This document shows, one piece after another, positions 1 through 12,300 of a DNA stretch of 40,838 nt; the first letter of the stretch is position 1; each line of letters starts with the position of its first letter. Position numbers and translations under genes: made by a program. Source of the DNA: Lenisia limosa (Eukaryota; Protista; Breviatea). A model generated the notes under the pieces. The model saw nothing but the letters and a program-made list of their open reading frames with translations. It was not told the origin of the DNA and searched no databases. Location: positions 1-40,838 of the forward strand of contig LPNZ01010565.1 of assembly GCA_001655205.1 (NCBI GenBank). The letters run 5' to 3'.

Positions 1-99
1 GGAGGGGGGGGAGGGATATATCTTATTTTTTTTTGAGGTTTCACTTTATTACGTAGAGAAATATGTGAATTTCTCTGACCTTGTTAGAGATTAAGTAAC

Positions 100-190
100 G
101 GTGTGACACTTCGGTTGGTTCGAAAAAGAGCAGGAAAACATCGATAGTTTTCGAGGCGATTCAGTCCTTTTTCAAACCGAAGTGAAGCCC
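100..190 (-). mobile_element. MITE family 1 copy
   Basis: cacttcggtt...atcgatagttttcgagg..ttcagtc...aaccgaagtgaagccc. Confidence 0.75.
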
Positions 191-365
191 TTGTAATAAG
201 AAGTATTATAACTATTTTTTTTTACCCCCCCCCCCACTCTTTACACANNNNNNNNNNNNNNNNNNNNNNNNNNNNNNNNNNNNNNNNNNNNNNNNNNNNN
301 NNNNNNNNNNNNNNNNNNNNNNNNNNNNNNNNNNNNNNNNNNNNNNNNNNNNNNNNNNNNNNNNN

Positions 366-3356
366 NCATGCATGTCAAACACACCGCATCGCCAACATAA
401 TTTTTGTATGTTCCAATAGGGCAGGGCTCACATGTGTTGTCGCTGAGAGCTAAAGTCGTAAAAATGCCACTAGGATTTCTTTTTTGCAGAAAAGTCGATT
501 GAAACTAGGGTCATAAAGATCGGCTGTTAAAGTGTGCATGTGGTGGATATTGGATATCCAAGATCACTATCATATTTGAAACCCTGCTTTAACCGGAATA
601 ACCTATGACCGTCGCAGTGATGTAGAAACCAACATTTCATTCCAGCACCGACTGAGCATCCGCAAGAAAGGCTGCCCAGAGTAGACTCAACCCGGTCCTC
701 TCTGATACAGTTAAAATTTTGAAGCTTTGATTTGAAGGACTTCAAACGAATATATTTTAATGATATATTGTCGCCAACATACATATGAAGAAACATATAC
801 GATAAGCTCTAAATACAGAACGAGATAAGACAGAGGTTAAATAAGGAACAGGGTTATCTAAAAAAACAGAGAAGTGCAAAAAAGGAGCATATAAAGGAAG
901 ATAGCAATACGATAACCGCAAAATAGAGAGAGAGAGAGNNNNNNNNNNNNNNNNNNNNNNNNNNNNNNNNNNNNNNNNNNNNNNNNNNNNNNNNNNNNNN
1001 NNNNNNNNNNNNNNNNNNNNNNNNNNNNNNNNNNNNNNNNNNNNNNNNNNNNNNNNNNNNNNNNNNNNNNNNNNNNNATACAATATGATAAACAATTATG
1101 GTAGGAGAACCAGAGATCTATACTATTAGTTTAAATAAACAGACGCAGACTTTGTTAATGGAAGCTTGATGTAGATGGTTATATTATGATATTACACAAA
1201 AATTAATATTCTAGAAGATTTATAGTCATGAGCCAGTATCTAGAGCAATGAGAAATACAAAATAAGGTTGTATCTGGGCGAAGCCGTCCATACCATCAAA
1301 ATATCATACTATAAACTCATTAAGCAAGCCCTAAGTACAGAGGAAAGGTACAATCATCCCAAGATGTCGAGAGTACATATAGTATAGTAATTATATGTGA
1401 TATATATATCATATGATATCATATGACATTAAGCACCAAAATACAGAGGCAAGCAAAGGCACTGGAAGCTTGACGTTGAACCCGGACCGTCGGTAAGCAT
1501 TCGGAAGCCGCATGACGTGCAGATTTGGTCCCAATCCGAGGAATATGTGTTCCTGGGGAGTAAAATTGGAAAATTACGAAACAAAAGAAAACCCAAATCA
1601 ACGTGTTCCTGGAATAATAATAAAAATAAAACAAAATATATGAAATATAATAACAAATCTCTGTTAAAGGTTGTATTAACATATGTTAACCCATATCCAC
1701 TAGTGATATGATCATATGACCGACTTTCGAGTCGAAATGATGAATGAAGATAACACGAGGGTTCATCCCGAGTGTATCAGAGTATCATATATAAGACTTG
1801 TTGTTTAATTATCATACGAGTGGATATGAGGTATCATATCACTGCGTGGAAAATGATAGTTCACAAGTATGAAAATGATCCAAAAAGTGATATGATTGTT
1901 AAAAACAGCAAAACAAACAAAACGCAGTTCAGTCGCTTATGCAGCCCAAAATACAAGCAAAACAAAAACATATACAAATCAAATCAACCAGAATTAGAAT
2001 GTAGTTGACATATCATCAAAAAAAGAAGAAAAAAAAAAACAAAGCTCAAGATGGTATAACCACCCATACTTGGGGCAGGGGATACATGAAGGCGTATCGA
2101 CGGAATAGTCAAAAGCCCATCCCGGGGGACATCCACATCCCCCCGCTGATGCAACTCCCCCGAATATCTAAACGGAATTAAAAATATTCATAGAAGTTTG
2201 TCCCCACTCCCATGTTTTTTTAAAACTCCTTGACGAATCATATATTGAGCATATAATATAATAAATATATTTATATCTCAAATAATCGTGATGAGATGGA
2301 TGGCTTCGTTCAGGTCTGTTTACATTCTATTAGACAATATACTGGCTAAAAAACTAGAACTCCATATAAAGAAATTATTTGACAAAATTTGAAATTAAAA
2401 AGTCTAAAATGGGGTATTGCCACTTCAAAGCTTGCAAGGAGTATATTAATAAATATCGAAAAAGATTTTAAACCAAAAAAATCTCAATATTTGAGGGATC
2501 CACAAGAGATATTTTGAATTTTGGAACCCCTTTCTTGGGATGTACCCAAACCCACTGAATCAGTACCGCGAGCAGCCATGAGAATTGGGCAGTAGCATTG
2601 CGAGGTGTAATTCTGCGGAGGTGGGGGAACGCCCGGCCAGACAGCGGTGTTGTCATGGGACAAAAGTCCCTCATTGATGACTCCTTTGGCAGAGGTCTGG
2701 AAGGTTTGGTTATTATAAGGACTTTTCGGCTGTATTTAGAGGGTAGAGGACTTCACTTCAAAAAGTCTGGTAAAATATCGATAGTTGGGGCTACTTTTGA
2801 CCAGAACTCATATTGGTGCTCCATTAAGATTTCGTATTGAATCTGGTTTGGAGACATGCTTTAAAGAGGTGTTCTTTGTTATTTTATGGTCGTATTTGAT
2901 TTAATTAACACCTGTTGAAAACAAACCTTCATAGTCATCCGATTCAAACAAACAGGGTTGACCCCCCCCCCCATCAAACGTCATTATATATCTCCGAGGG
3001 ATGGCGGTTTGAGCTTTGGACGGGGCAGGTCTGGCACTGATAACGCCCGATACTTGGCTGATACTCGTCTGTGACGTTATAATTGTATATTATATAATAT
3101 AGAAATGAGAATTAAAACAAGGCTTTAAATGGCCGAAGTCGTCCACTAATAGTTAAGAGGGATTACGTTGTTAGTTGAATGACAAACCGTCTTGGCAACG
3201 GTCACAGCGATTGTCTCCGGAATTGTACTCATAGCCTGTGAGGAGAATTAGAACTGAAACCCCCCATAGATATATTGTCATCATCTTAGTTTACTGTCCT
3301 TCCCTCTCACCTTGAGGACAAACGCAAGCAAATTCTCCTCCAATAGGCCATTCACC
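366..3356 (-). CDS. Second block of Cys-rich GCC2/GCC3/EGF-like repeats running off the window
   Basis: Reads ACVCPQGYEYNSGDNRCDRCQDDEYQPSIGRYQCQTCP, GCGCPPGWAFDYSVDTPSCIPCPKNTYSSDWDQICTSC and CEPCPIGTYKNYVGDAVCLTC (ends in an N gap). Confidence 0.85.
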
Positions 3357-6300
3357 CTAAAGAGGAGTAAAAAGAAACGCTGCTCATTATTACTCATAAA
3401 AACCAAGAAAAAAATCTCCAGAATCTAATTTGTGACCATAACATTGTACTCCCAACACCAAATAAGGTTGTCCATTCAAATAAACCAAGACGAAACTCCC
3501 CATAGCATCATATTCCACACAAATAATAAGACTTACATCATACCATTGAATTCTCCGTTATACCTAGAGCTTCACTTACGGTTCAAAAAAGACTGAGTTC
3601 TCAATAAATCCTCGAAATCGAGATTTTTCAGTCTTTTGGAACAGAAAGTGAACTCATATCATAATAACCAAATGAGGGTTCTTGTGAATGGTATATTTCC
3701 ACAAACCAAGACTGAATTCTCCATGATATTGCTACAGTACATTCCAGTTACACCAGTGGGATTCGCCGTATCACCAGGTTCGTGACCTTTGAACGTATAT
3801 GATACCTGTGGGTTCAATTAATTAATAGTAAAACATAGAAAAATGGAAATAATATGTGTAGATGATAGGGGTGGGGTGATGTGTGTATGATACTATATAT
3901 AGCAATGAGAAATAAAAAAATAAGGAGGTATCTGGTCGAAGCCGTCCACATCATCACGCTTATAAGAGATACTGGATTATAGTATAATATTAATTCACAC
4001 ATGATATTATTGTAATAATACATCACATGTATTAATAATAGAGATGAGAAACAAAACAAGGTTTTATCTGGCTATTATAAAGGAAATGTAGAATTTTGAC
4101 GACTCACCTGATGGGTCATTCCTGCTAACGGTGCAAACTGAAGGTTGCTAAAAACCGCTTGGCCGTTCTAGGGGTGGGGGGGGGGTAAAACAAAAAAAGC
4201 CTAAAATCAACTCTGTTGTTGGCAAGCAACACAAAAGTGTTGAAAACAACAAAACAAACAAAGTCCTCAAAAGAGAAGATTGTGTTCCTCCAAGAAGAAT
4301 TGGCCGATCTTGAGTTTCCATGTAGGCGAGTACTAAGACATACTCCAGCTTTGCTGAAAATTACTTTCAAAAAACAGCTTTTCGTTCTTTTGTAATCCTT
4401 GCAAAGTCGAACCTTTTGCGGTCTTTGACGGGTCCCACTTAGCATCTTCCCACCGACTGTTGTAGAGGGCTACCACTCCTTCAACGTCCAGGTTCGTGTT
4501 TCTTTTGTCAGACTATCTGCACCCAAGATCTTGAGGTTATTCATCTTCTTCTCAAATAACCCGGGTTTGTCAATTGTCGTCTCCTTTCCGAGTCCTCTCT
4601 TCTGTAGGTATGAGAATACTGTTAACTCGAGGTTGAACTGTTCAGCCACTTCTTTGTCGTCTTGACCCAGGTTAGTTCATTCTTGGAGACGCCATCTATT
4701 CCTGCCGATCCTACCTCATGCCTCAGCTGCCTGCGAAGGAACACCCAAGTATGAATTCAGAAATGGGGGTTCCTTTTGTTAACAATCATATATTCGACTT
4801 CAGTTTCCGCAAGTCTTCCGTAAGTATGATGATCGAGCGGTTCCTCGGTTCCCTGAAGGCGCGCTTACGCCTGATTGGCTATGAGATTCACTTGTCGGTT
4901 GCGAAGTCCAATGACGTGATCGATTTGTCTTTTCGTTTATAACTTCCTTGTTCACCAGAAAACGTGTGATGATGGAGAGTTCCCGAATGATATCGCTGTC
5001 AATGAGGGTGACATTGAGGTTGGTTGGCTTTTTCAACGTGTTTTGCGGACTGAATGTATACTTTTTATATGAAAATCACATGTGCATTGTCATAAAAGTG
5101 AAAACAAGAGCAATAATCTGGTGTATTGAAATCACCCCCACCCCCGATCCAAAAAAAAAAAAANNNNNNNNNNNNNNNNNNNNNNNNNNNNNNNNNNNNN
5201 NNNNNNNNNNNNNNNNNNNNNNNNNNNNNNNNNNNNNNNNNNNNNNNNNNNNNNNNNNNNNNNNNNNNNNNNNNNNNNNATACCACGGAAGTGACGGTGT
5301 TTCCCTTGAGAAGGGCTGGAGTGGGAGAAACGATAATAGAAATCTCAGTGTCGTAGAACGTAATAAAAGACCCGTCTTTGTCAACCTGCAAAGGCAATAA
5401 AACATCAAAATATTTACAGCTGTAGTATGTCTATTGTTTGCTATTGTTTTTGTCTTATAAAAACGTGTCATAACTTGAACGGAAGAGACCACTGCTTCAC
5501 AAACCGACTGGTTTCACTAAGGTTCGAAATAGATCGAAAAACTATTGAAATGTATCAACTATATCGAGTAAGATATATTTTTTGGATTGCAGTGAAGCCC
5601 TACCCAAGATTAACAAGCCATGCCGAAGCAGGGTTTCAATCTTTGTTAATTATCAAAAAAACGTCTTTTACTAACTTGAAAAGAAATGACAGCTTCCTTC
5701 CCGCCGGGTGTATGGTGTACTACTACCCACAACCCACCAGCTGGATTCTTGGCGCGGGTGTGATGAACTCGGCCGTCATGGAAGTCTCCGAAGCAATTGG
5801 CTCGATAACAGCTAATTTGGCCGGGGTGCTGGTGACGGAAAAGTCACTGTAGAGTGAAGGAAGCAAAATAGGAGAATTCTCATTTTCAACAATATTAAGA
5901 ATTTTCGGAATATTCCCGACATTGTACTCCTTTGTTTCTGGAACCGAAAGTGAGGTTCTATGAACCAAACTCTTCCAAATAAATTAAATTAAAAATGACA
6001 AAACCAATCCATTTTTTGTTTAAAAAAGCATCCTAAAAGGGGTAAACTCCGAAATTCTGACTTACGGTATTGCACATCATTTGTTTCCCCTCAAACAAGC
6101 ATTCAGAAGCGCAAGTGGAGACGCAGATACGAACATCTGGCTGGGCTGCCATGTTGAACGAAATACTGAGAACCTTGAATGTTAGTTATACTGGAATTTG
6201 TTAGAGTATAGAGTAGCAAATGAAACTGAGATGCTCTGAATAATAAACGAAATAGTTTCCATGTATATTAAGAACCTTGAATAGTGAATGGAGTTATATT

Positions 6301-9300
6301 GAATAAAAAAGTAGTGGGAATTTAGAATATTCAACGAAATGGTGAAAGCAAAATTGACTTGGAGTTCGTGTACAAAAGGAATCCAAACATTAACATAAAA
6401 ATCCCATGTAATTTTGAGAAATTAGAAGAAATGTATTGGATTGTCAAATATGTACTACATCGAAATTCCAAAGCATAGCGATCTGCTTTAACCCGCAAAC
6501 CTCTGGACTCAGCATTGCAGCATGCACTGGAACTGACAGGGGTGTTACTCCGGAAAAGATGGTAACGTCCAAAAGGCTGAGTTGTTATACTGTATATGGG
6601 GTATGGGGTCAGGCTGAAAATGAGGATTATTATATATTGGAAGACCCCCCTTAACACTATGTAGATATGGTGAACGTTACAATTTTATTTAATACTCAGG
6701 GCACTAACCAACATATTAAGCTTCAATCATTTCTAATATTCAAGGTTTTCACAATATCCTTTGATTTCCAAATTTGACCCACATATCAGTGAAATGCTTG
6801 CCGATAACCACAAGGTCGCATTGGCCTTCAGCACAGGATGTCGGGAAGACTTCTTTGAATTCCTATAGTTTTTTTAGAAGAAGCAATATGGAAGCAAGTT
6901 TTTTAAAAATATGGGGAAATCCATATTCCTATGTTTATTTGAGAAGAACCATATAAACCCAAAAAGACCAACAAAAATGTATAATGTATGAATTCAAAAA
7001 AAAAGTACAATTTAAATCATTCTTTGATGAATCTTCTGATAGTTGTGTTTTTTATGCTATTGTCTACCGAGCAATTGTTCGAATATCTTCTTGTTCCAAA
7101 ATAGTTCTTCCCCCTCCGCACCGGCATTTGGTTGCAGATGGTCAAATAGGGCAGGGTTGCAGAACCACCCAAGAAAACGTCAACAGGATCGACATCGACG
7201 TGAATTTCAGGGTCTTCTATGTTCAGGTACAGTTTCGGGTCCTTGAGTGTATTGAAGAACTTCAATTGGACCTATTATGGTGAAAACTGATGAAGGTTTA
7301 CTACTATTTATGCTTGCGACCCCATGTATTCCAGCTATTTGAACAGACACCCGCTTGACAGATAAAAAAAAATAAAAAAATACAAATCCATTGGGTGGTG
7401 AGTGCTATTGGCATTTTAAGAGAAAAACATATAGGATGGGATTTCAGTTGAGTTATAATAATGTATCAGAAAGTGGGCTCAACTTAGTTAAACGTGTGTG
7501 TGTATTTGCAGAATATGATTCAAATGAGCTATGAAAACATGTACGGGAGGGAATTCCAACATACCTTGACTTCTACAGCCCCTTCCAGAAGGAAGTCGAC
7601 CATACAGCGAACCTTCCCTTAGAGCATGAGTTAGGGTTTCACTGTGATTATTTTTAAAAAAAGACAGGGTATATAATAAACAAAAAAAGGTAAGGCAGAA
7701 ATATAAAAAGTGTTAAAAAAGAAAGAGAAGCAAATAAAAGCGTGGTGATTTTCTATATTGCTATTTGAAGAAAAATGAGAGTAACANNNNNNNNNNNNNN
7801 NNNNNNNNNNNNNNNNNNNNNNNNNNNNNNNNNNNNNNNNNNNNNNNNNNNNNNNNNNNNNNNNNNNNNNNNNNNNNNNNNNNNNNNNNNNNNNNNNNNN
7901 NNNNNNNNNNNNNNNNNNNNNNNNNNNNNNNNATTCGCAGTAGCCTTGAATTTCCCCGAGGTCAGGGGTAGTTTGAAACTCAAGGTACTGCGGCGTCGTA
8001 GTTTTCATAATAAATAATGTCTAAGTTCATAAGATAAATATGAGATTAATACAAGTGAAGTAGTGTACTTGACATTATGTAGAAGAAATCGACTTGTTTA
8101 GCAGTACTAATAATGAGTACCTATGAAAATTGTCAGGTTTTGAAAGATTTCTTGTAAGTTTCTAAGAGATAATACTGGTTGCGTATTGCTTGTACTTCAT
8201 TTGAGAATTGAAGGTGCTTGAAAAAAGTAACATGCTAAATATCTATTATGACCCTGAATGGGATCCCACGTACATAGTGTTCACTTCGGTTCGAAAAAAA
8301 GATTGAATTTATCGATAAACCCCGAAAACTCTTGATATATTACAGGTTTTTTCGAACCGAAGTGAAGTCCAAGATGTGTAGATGCAGAGTTGTCTCACCG
8401 TCTCTGACAAGACCTCGCTGAATATCGGGAGTCTTGTCAGCGTAAAAGGTGCCTGAAGGTAGGTTGCCGAAAGCGAAAGTCCACCAGGGGTTTTTTGTTT
8501 CCTAAAAGTCCAAAGCAATCTCAAAAGCAATTAATATGGGTAGCATGCAGGCTAATATTTCTTGATTCCTGAAAAGGAACATGGGCACCACCAATCAAAG
8601 GCCATAATGCTGATGTGGTTGGCCGAAGTGTATTAAAGTAGAATGGAAAGTGGGATTTGATTTATTTATCACATGATTGTTTCCAAGATCCCTCAGAATT
8701 TAATCATCTGAAGAATCAACGCAGATTTCCGCCTGTTTTATCACTCTCAATAGGATGACCACCCAACTAACGTGTATTTGTATTGGAATGTATAGTCTCT
8801 CTGAATTCTGACAATGGAAGCAGTGAAGGTTCCTGATTCAGAACCGCGTGAAATGGTCCCTGCAGACCTATATTGTGAAAAAAATATATATTGAAAAAAC
8901 GAATTTCATAATAATATACTACGTATTATTTCGGAATACTCTAATGAAAAGCTTTAATGATAGAAGATGAAATTTCACTTGAATTTTTCGAACCGATAAG
9001 TCCTGGCATAATTGACTGGAGTTAAAGCCCAATATCCGTGTCAAGACTTATCACGGCTAGAGAGAAAAATGAAGCCCAAAGCAGCCTACATAGCCCAAAT
9101 GTTTGGTTCATCAGTGGGGCATTCGGGGCAGGTCAAATTGACTAATGTGGCGGTAGGAGAGATAATTGTCGGCTCCATGACAAGCTGGTCGCTGTATACC
9201 TAATATGGTAAGAAGTTAAACTGCCTGATAAGGTAACCAGTCTCGTTTTCGACAGCTTTTCATCAAAGGGCGAACTGTAAATTGACTGCGATAAGAGATC

Positions 9301-12300
9301 TCACAAGGGTTGTTATAGTTAATTTGTAGCGGGGTCTGATATAATACAAGTAACTAATACGATGTCTCTGGTGTCATTAACACAAATATGTTTTCTTTCG
9401 GAATAGCATGAGTAACTGAGATAATTTTGTGTATTAATGATTATATGTTATTCTGTTGTATTATTTCTATCTTAATGTTCATTTACTTCCTCTTAAAAAA
9501 TATGTTCAAACCTTCACTTCAAAAACTGATTTCGAAGGGGTAGCCAGGAGATCATTGGTACACGCTATGTTCTGACGTACAACACCTTTTGTTGATCCTG
9601 GGGAAATTTGGAGATGGATGATAATTGGGATGGACTGTGAAAATGGTGATGGTTGTTCCAAAGGAAATAAGGTAATAGATGTTGAAAGTGATGTTGGTTG
9701 GGAATTGTCAAAATGGTGATGTTTGATAATTGTATTGATGCTAATGTTTGATAAAATAGTAGTAGTGTAAAGAAAGATGGTTAATGGGAATAGTGAAGAA
9801 TGTGTTTTGATAATAATGAAGAAACGAAGCACGCTTTAGTTGCAAAAGTGGGATCGCCATTATTCAAGATATAGTGATTTTTATATTGAAAAAAACACAT
9901 ATTTAATGTTTATACACAAACAAAAACTGTAGACCCCCCCCCCCCTTTTTTTTTTTNNNNNNNNNNNNNNNNNNNNNNNNNNNNNNNNNNNNNNNNNNNN
10001 NNNNNNNNNNNNNNNNNNNNNNNNNNGTTCCAACTCCCATCCCTAGTAGACATGGGAAACGTATGATGCCCAGCTCACCCCTGCCCAGTAGAGATTTAAA
10101 CAATAAATATGAAAATCCTTCCATTGAGATATATTCGATAGCCCACAACGAACAAACTATGGTCTACTTCCCCTTACCGTAGGTCTGTGGCGTTACGATA
10201 AGTCTGGAATAATGAAGAATGAATGCTTAGAGTAAATGCTTAGAATACCTAAGATTTTAAATATCGACAAAAACTAAAACAATTTAAATATTGACAAATA
10301 ATATGAAGATTATAAATAAACTGCATGAGTTCCAAAAATACAGCCCCCCTCCCCCCATTTGCTTTCCAATCATTTTAACTTCGAAACATATCTCTTACTC
10401 TCCCTATATCTGTCTACTTCACCACCGTCATCCCTCACCTCTACCCCCACTTCGGCAAATCCTCAATAAATAATATTTTTCAGCAAGTAATATTTCTCCA
10501 CAAATCCTCGATAAATAATATCGATAGTATCACGGTCATTTTCGGACAGTAGGAAAGGACTGGCATTTTCACTATCCCATAACATCGCTTGCCTCCCTAT
10601 TGTCACTCATCAAATTTCCCCAGGCTCAACAAAAGGTGTTGTACCCCCCTCCCCCCACTGGCATGGAGATGTTGTGGGGCAGGGCACTTGGGAGCCCGGA
10701 TTGTCGGTTAACCCACAGTAGATATTCTGAACGTGTGATTATGGTAGAAGAAAAGCTTCGGTCCGAAAAAAAAGACTGAATTTCATGATAAATCCTAAAT
10801 AAATATCGATATTGTCTCAGACTTTTTGGGACCGGAGTGAAACCTAAGTAGAATGAAATAAAGGAAATAATAAGGTGTTGAATGCCCCTAATATACTAAC
10901 GATACCAGCTACAAGCCATTACCGCTTACCTGGAGAGTCAGATGTATACTAAGAAATACAAGTAAACGTAACACTATTGTGTACAAAGTTTACAAACAAA
11001 TATGTACATATCCACATACATATGGGTATACTGTGAATATATCGTATTCAAAAAAGGATTATCACAACAACCTAAATCGATTTGGCCATACCTCCCCAGT
11101 CAGAGTCCTAAGGTCTAGCGTGATGTCCATTCCAAACGAAAGCCCCGCCACTGCAGTTCCGTCTTTTCTCACCGAAAGCACGCTGGGTTGTACTGAAAAG
11201 TGAATAATGAAGGGTTGTAACAGGAGAAATTGGATCAAAAGTTGAACCAAAACAGCATAGTATTCTTCAAATATGCGACACAAGTTACAGTTGAATGTCA
11301 AATACAAAGTACAGGTGTTCACTAAGTCAGAAAACAATTGGTAAACTTTGAAAATTTAACTAATTTTTCGAGAAATTCAATCATTTTTGTACCAGAGTAA
11401 AATCCCAATTGCACCCTAAACTTACATTGGCAGGAAAGCGGTTGCTGATTTGGGGAGTAAAGTGGCCCGTAAAAACCCGCTCCACAGCTTTCTCTTAAGA
11501 TACAGGCTGTACTTCCATAGGCAAAAATGTATCTCTACAAGCAGTGAAACTTTGAAATATACACAACATACTGTTTCATCACAGAGGAGACAAGATGACG
11601 AGTCACATTGAATACAGCCTTCTAGACACTCTAAATGCGACAGTTAGGAATTTTAGGAATTCTTCAGTCAAAATGAATGGGGGGGGGGGGGACNNNNNNN
11701 NNNNNNNNNNNNNNNNNNNNNNNNNNNNNNNNNNNNNNNNNNNNNNNNNNNNNNNNNNNNNNNNNNNNNNNNNNNNNNNNNNNNNNNTAAATAAAAACCA
11801 TTTTTGAGTACTATGTGCACAAGACAATATGGGGACATTGCCGGATTCACACTTATGAATCTGACAAAAACCTAATTTTAAACTCAGTATTTGGATATCG
11901 TTCTTCCATATACATGGAGTGTTGTATTTAGAGCTTAACTACGATGCCGAAAATGAGGTCGATTGTATATTAGTTTTTTAAGTACTGGAATCAAACACTT
12001 GGTATGTAATTAAACTATTATGTTTCCCTAGTCTTATTGCTGTATTCTTTTGCACCAAAAATCGTTCCTCCACACTTAAACAGGCGCCGCCACTTTCGTA
12101 AGTGTAGAGGGGGCAGTTCTCTTTGCAAGCCTGGGGAATGAATGCCAATTGATAAAACAGTATTCTATTCAAAGACACTTGAGATCCCTCCCCACATTGT
12201 ATATTTTATATCAAGTGTATAATCCACAACCACCCAATTTTGTGCCCCCATCTTTTAACAAAAAAGAAAAAAAAATCAGCTCATGTTTTTGATGTAAGAA

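Noticed and set aside
2070-2167. Apparent frameshift at a G6 run (pseudogene signal)
   Set aside because: Resolved by reading the exon in phase 0 (IFGGVASAGGCGCPPG) with the upstream donor at 2555; no disruption is needed.
3564-3668. Intron consisting almost entirely of a MITE (about 16 nt residue)
   Set aside because: A donor at 3702 fits the downstream phases better and leaves a normal residue of about 47 nt. The same applies to 13038-13153, where a GTTGGC donor at 13171 is available.
4168-4266. Family 3 as a Helitron 3' end (hairpin plus CTAG)
   Set aside because: CTAG is present in only one copy, is explained as the splice acceptor and is not followed by T; no 5' TC end was found.
6330-6460. 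Possible stop-codon reassignment (TAA read as Gln) to rescue a plausible reading near 6420
   Set aside because: About 85 other exons translate cleanly in the standard code with CAA/CAG for Gln. An unresolved splice boundary is the simpler explanation.
11240-11324. Cys-containing stretch of ORF 11062-11337 as an exon
   Set aside because: Its acceptor lies in a diverged MITE copy, and the flanking exons already join in phase.
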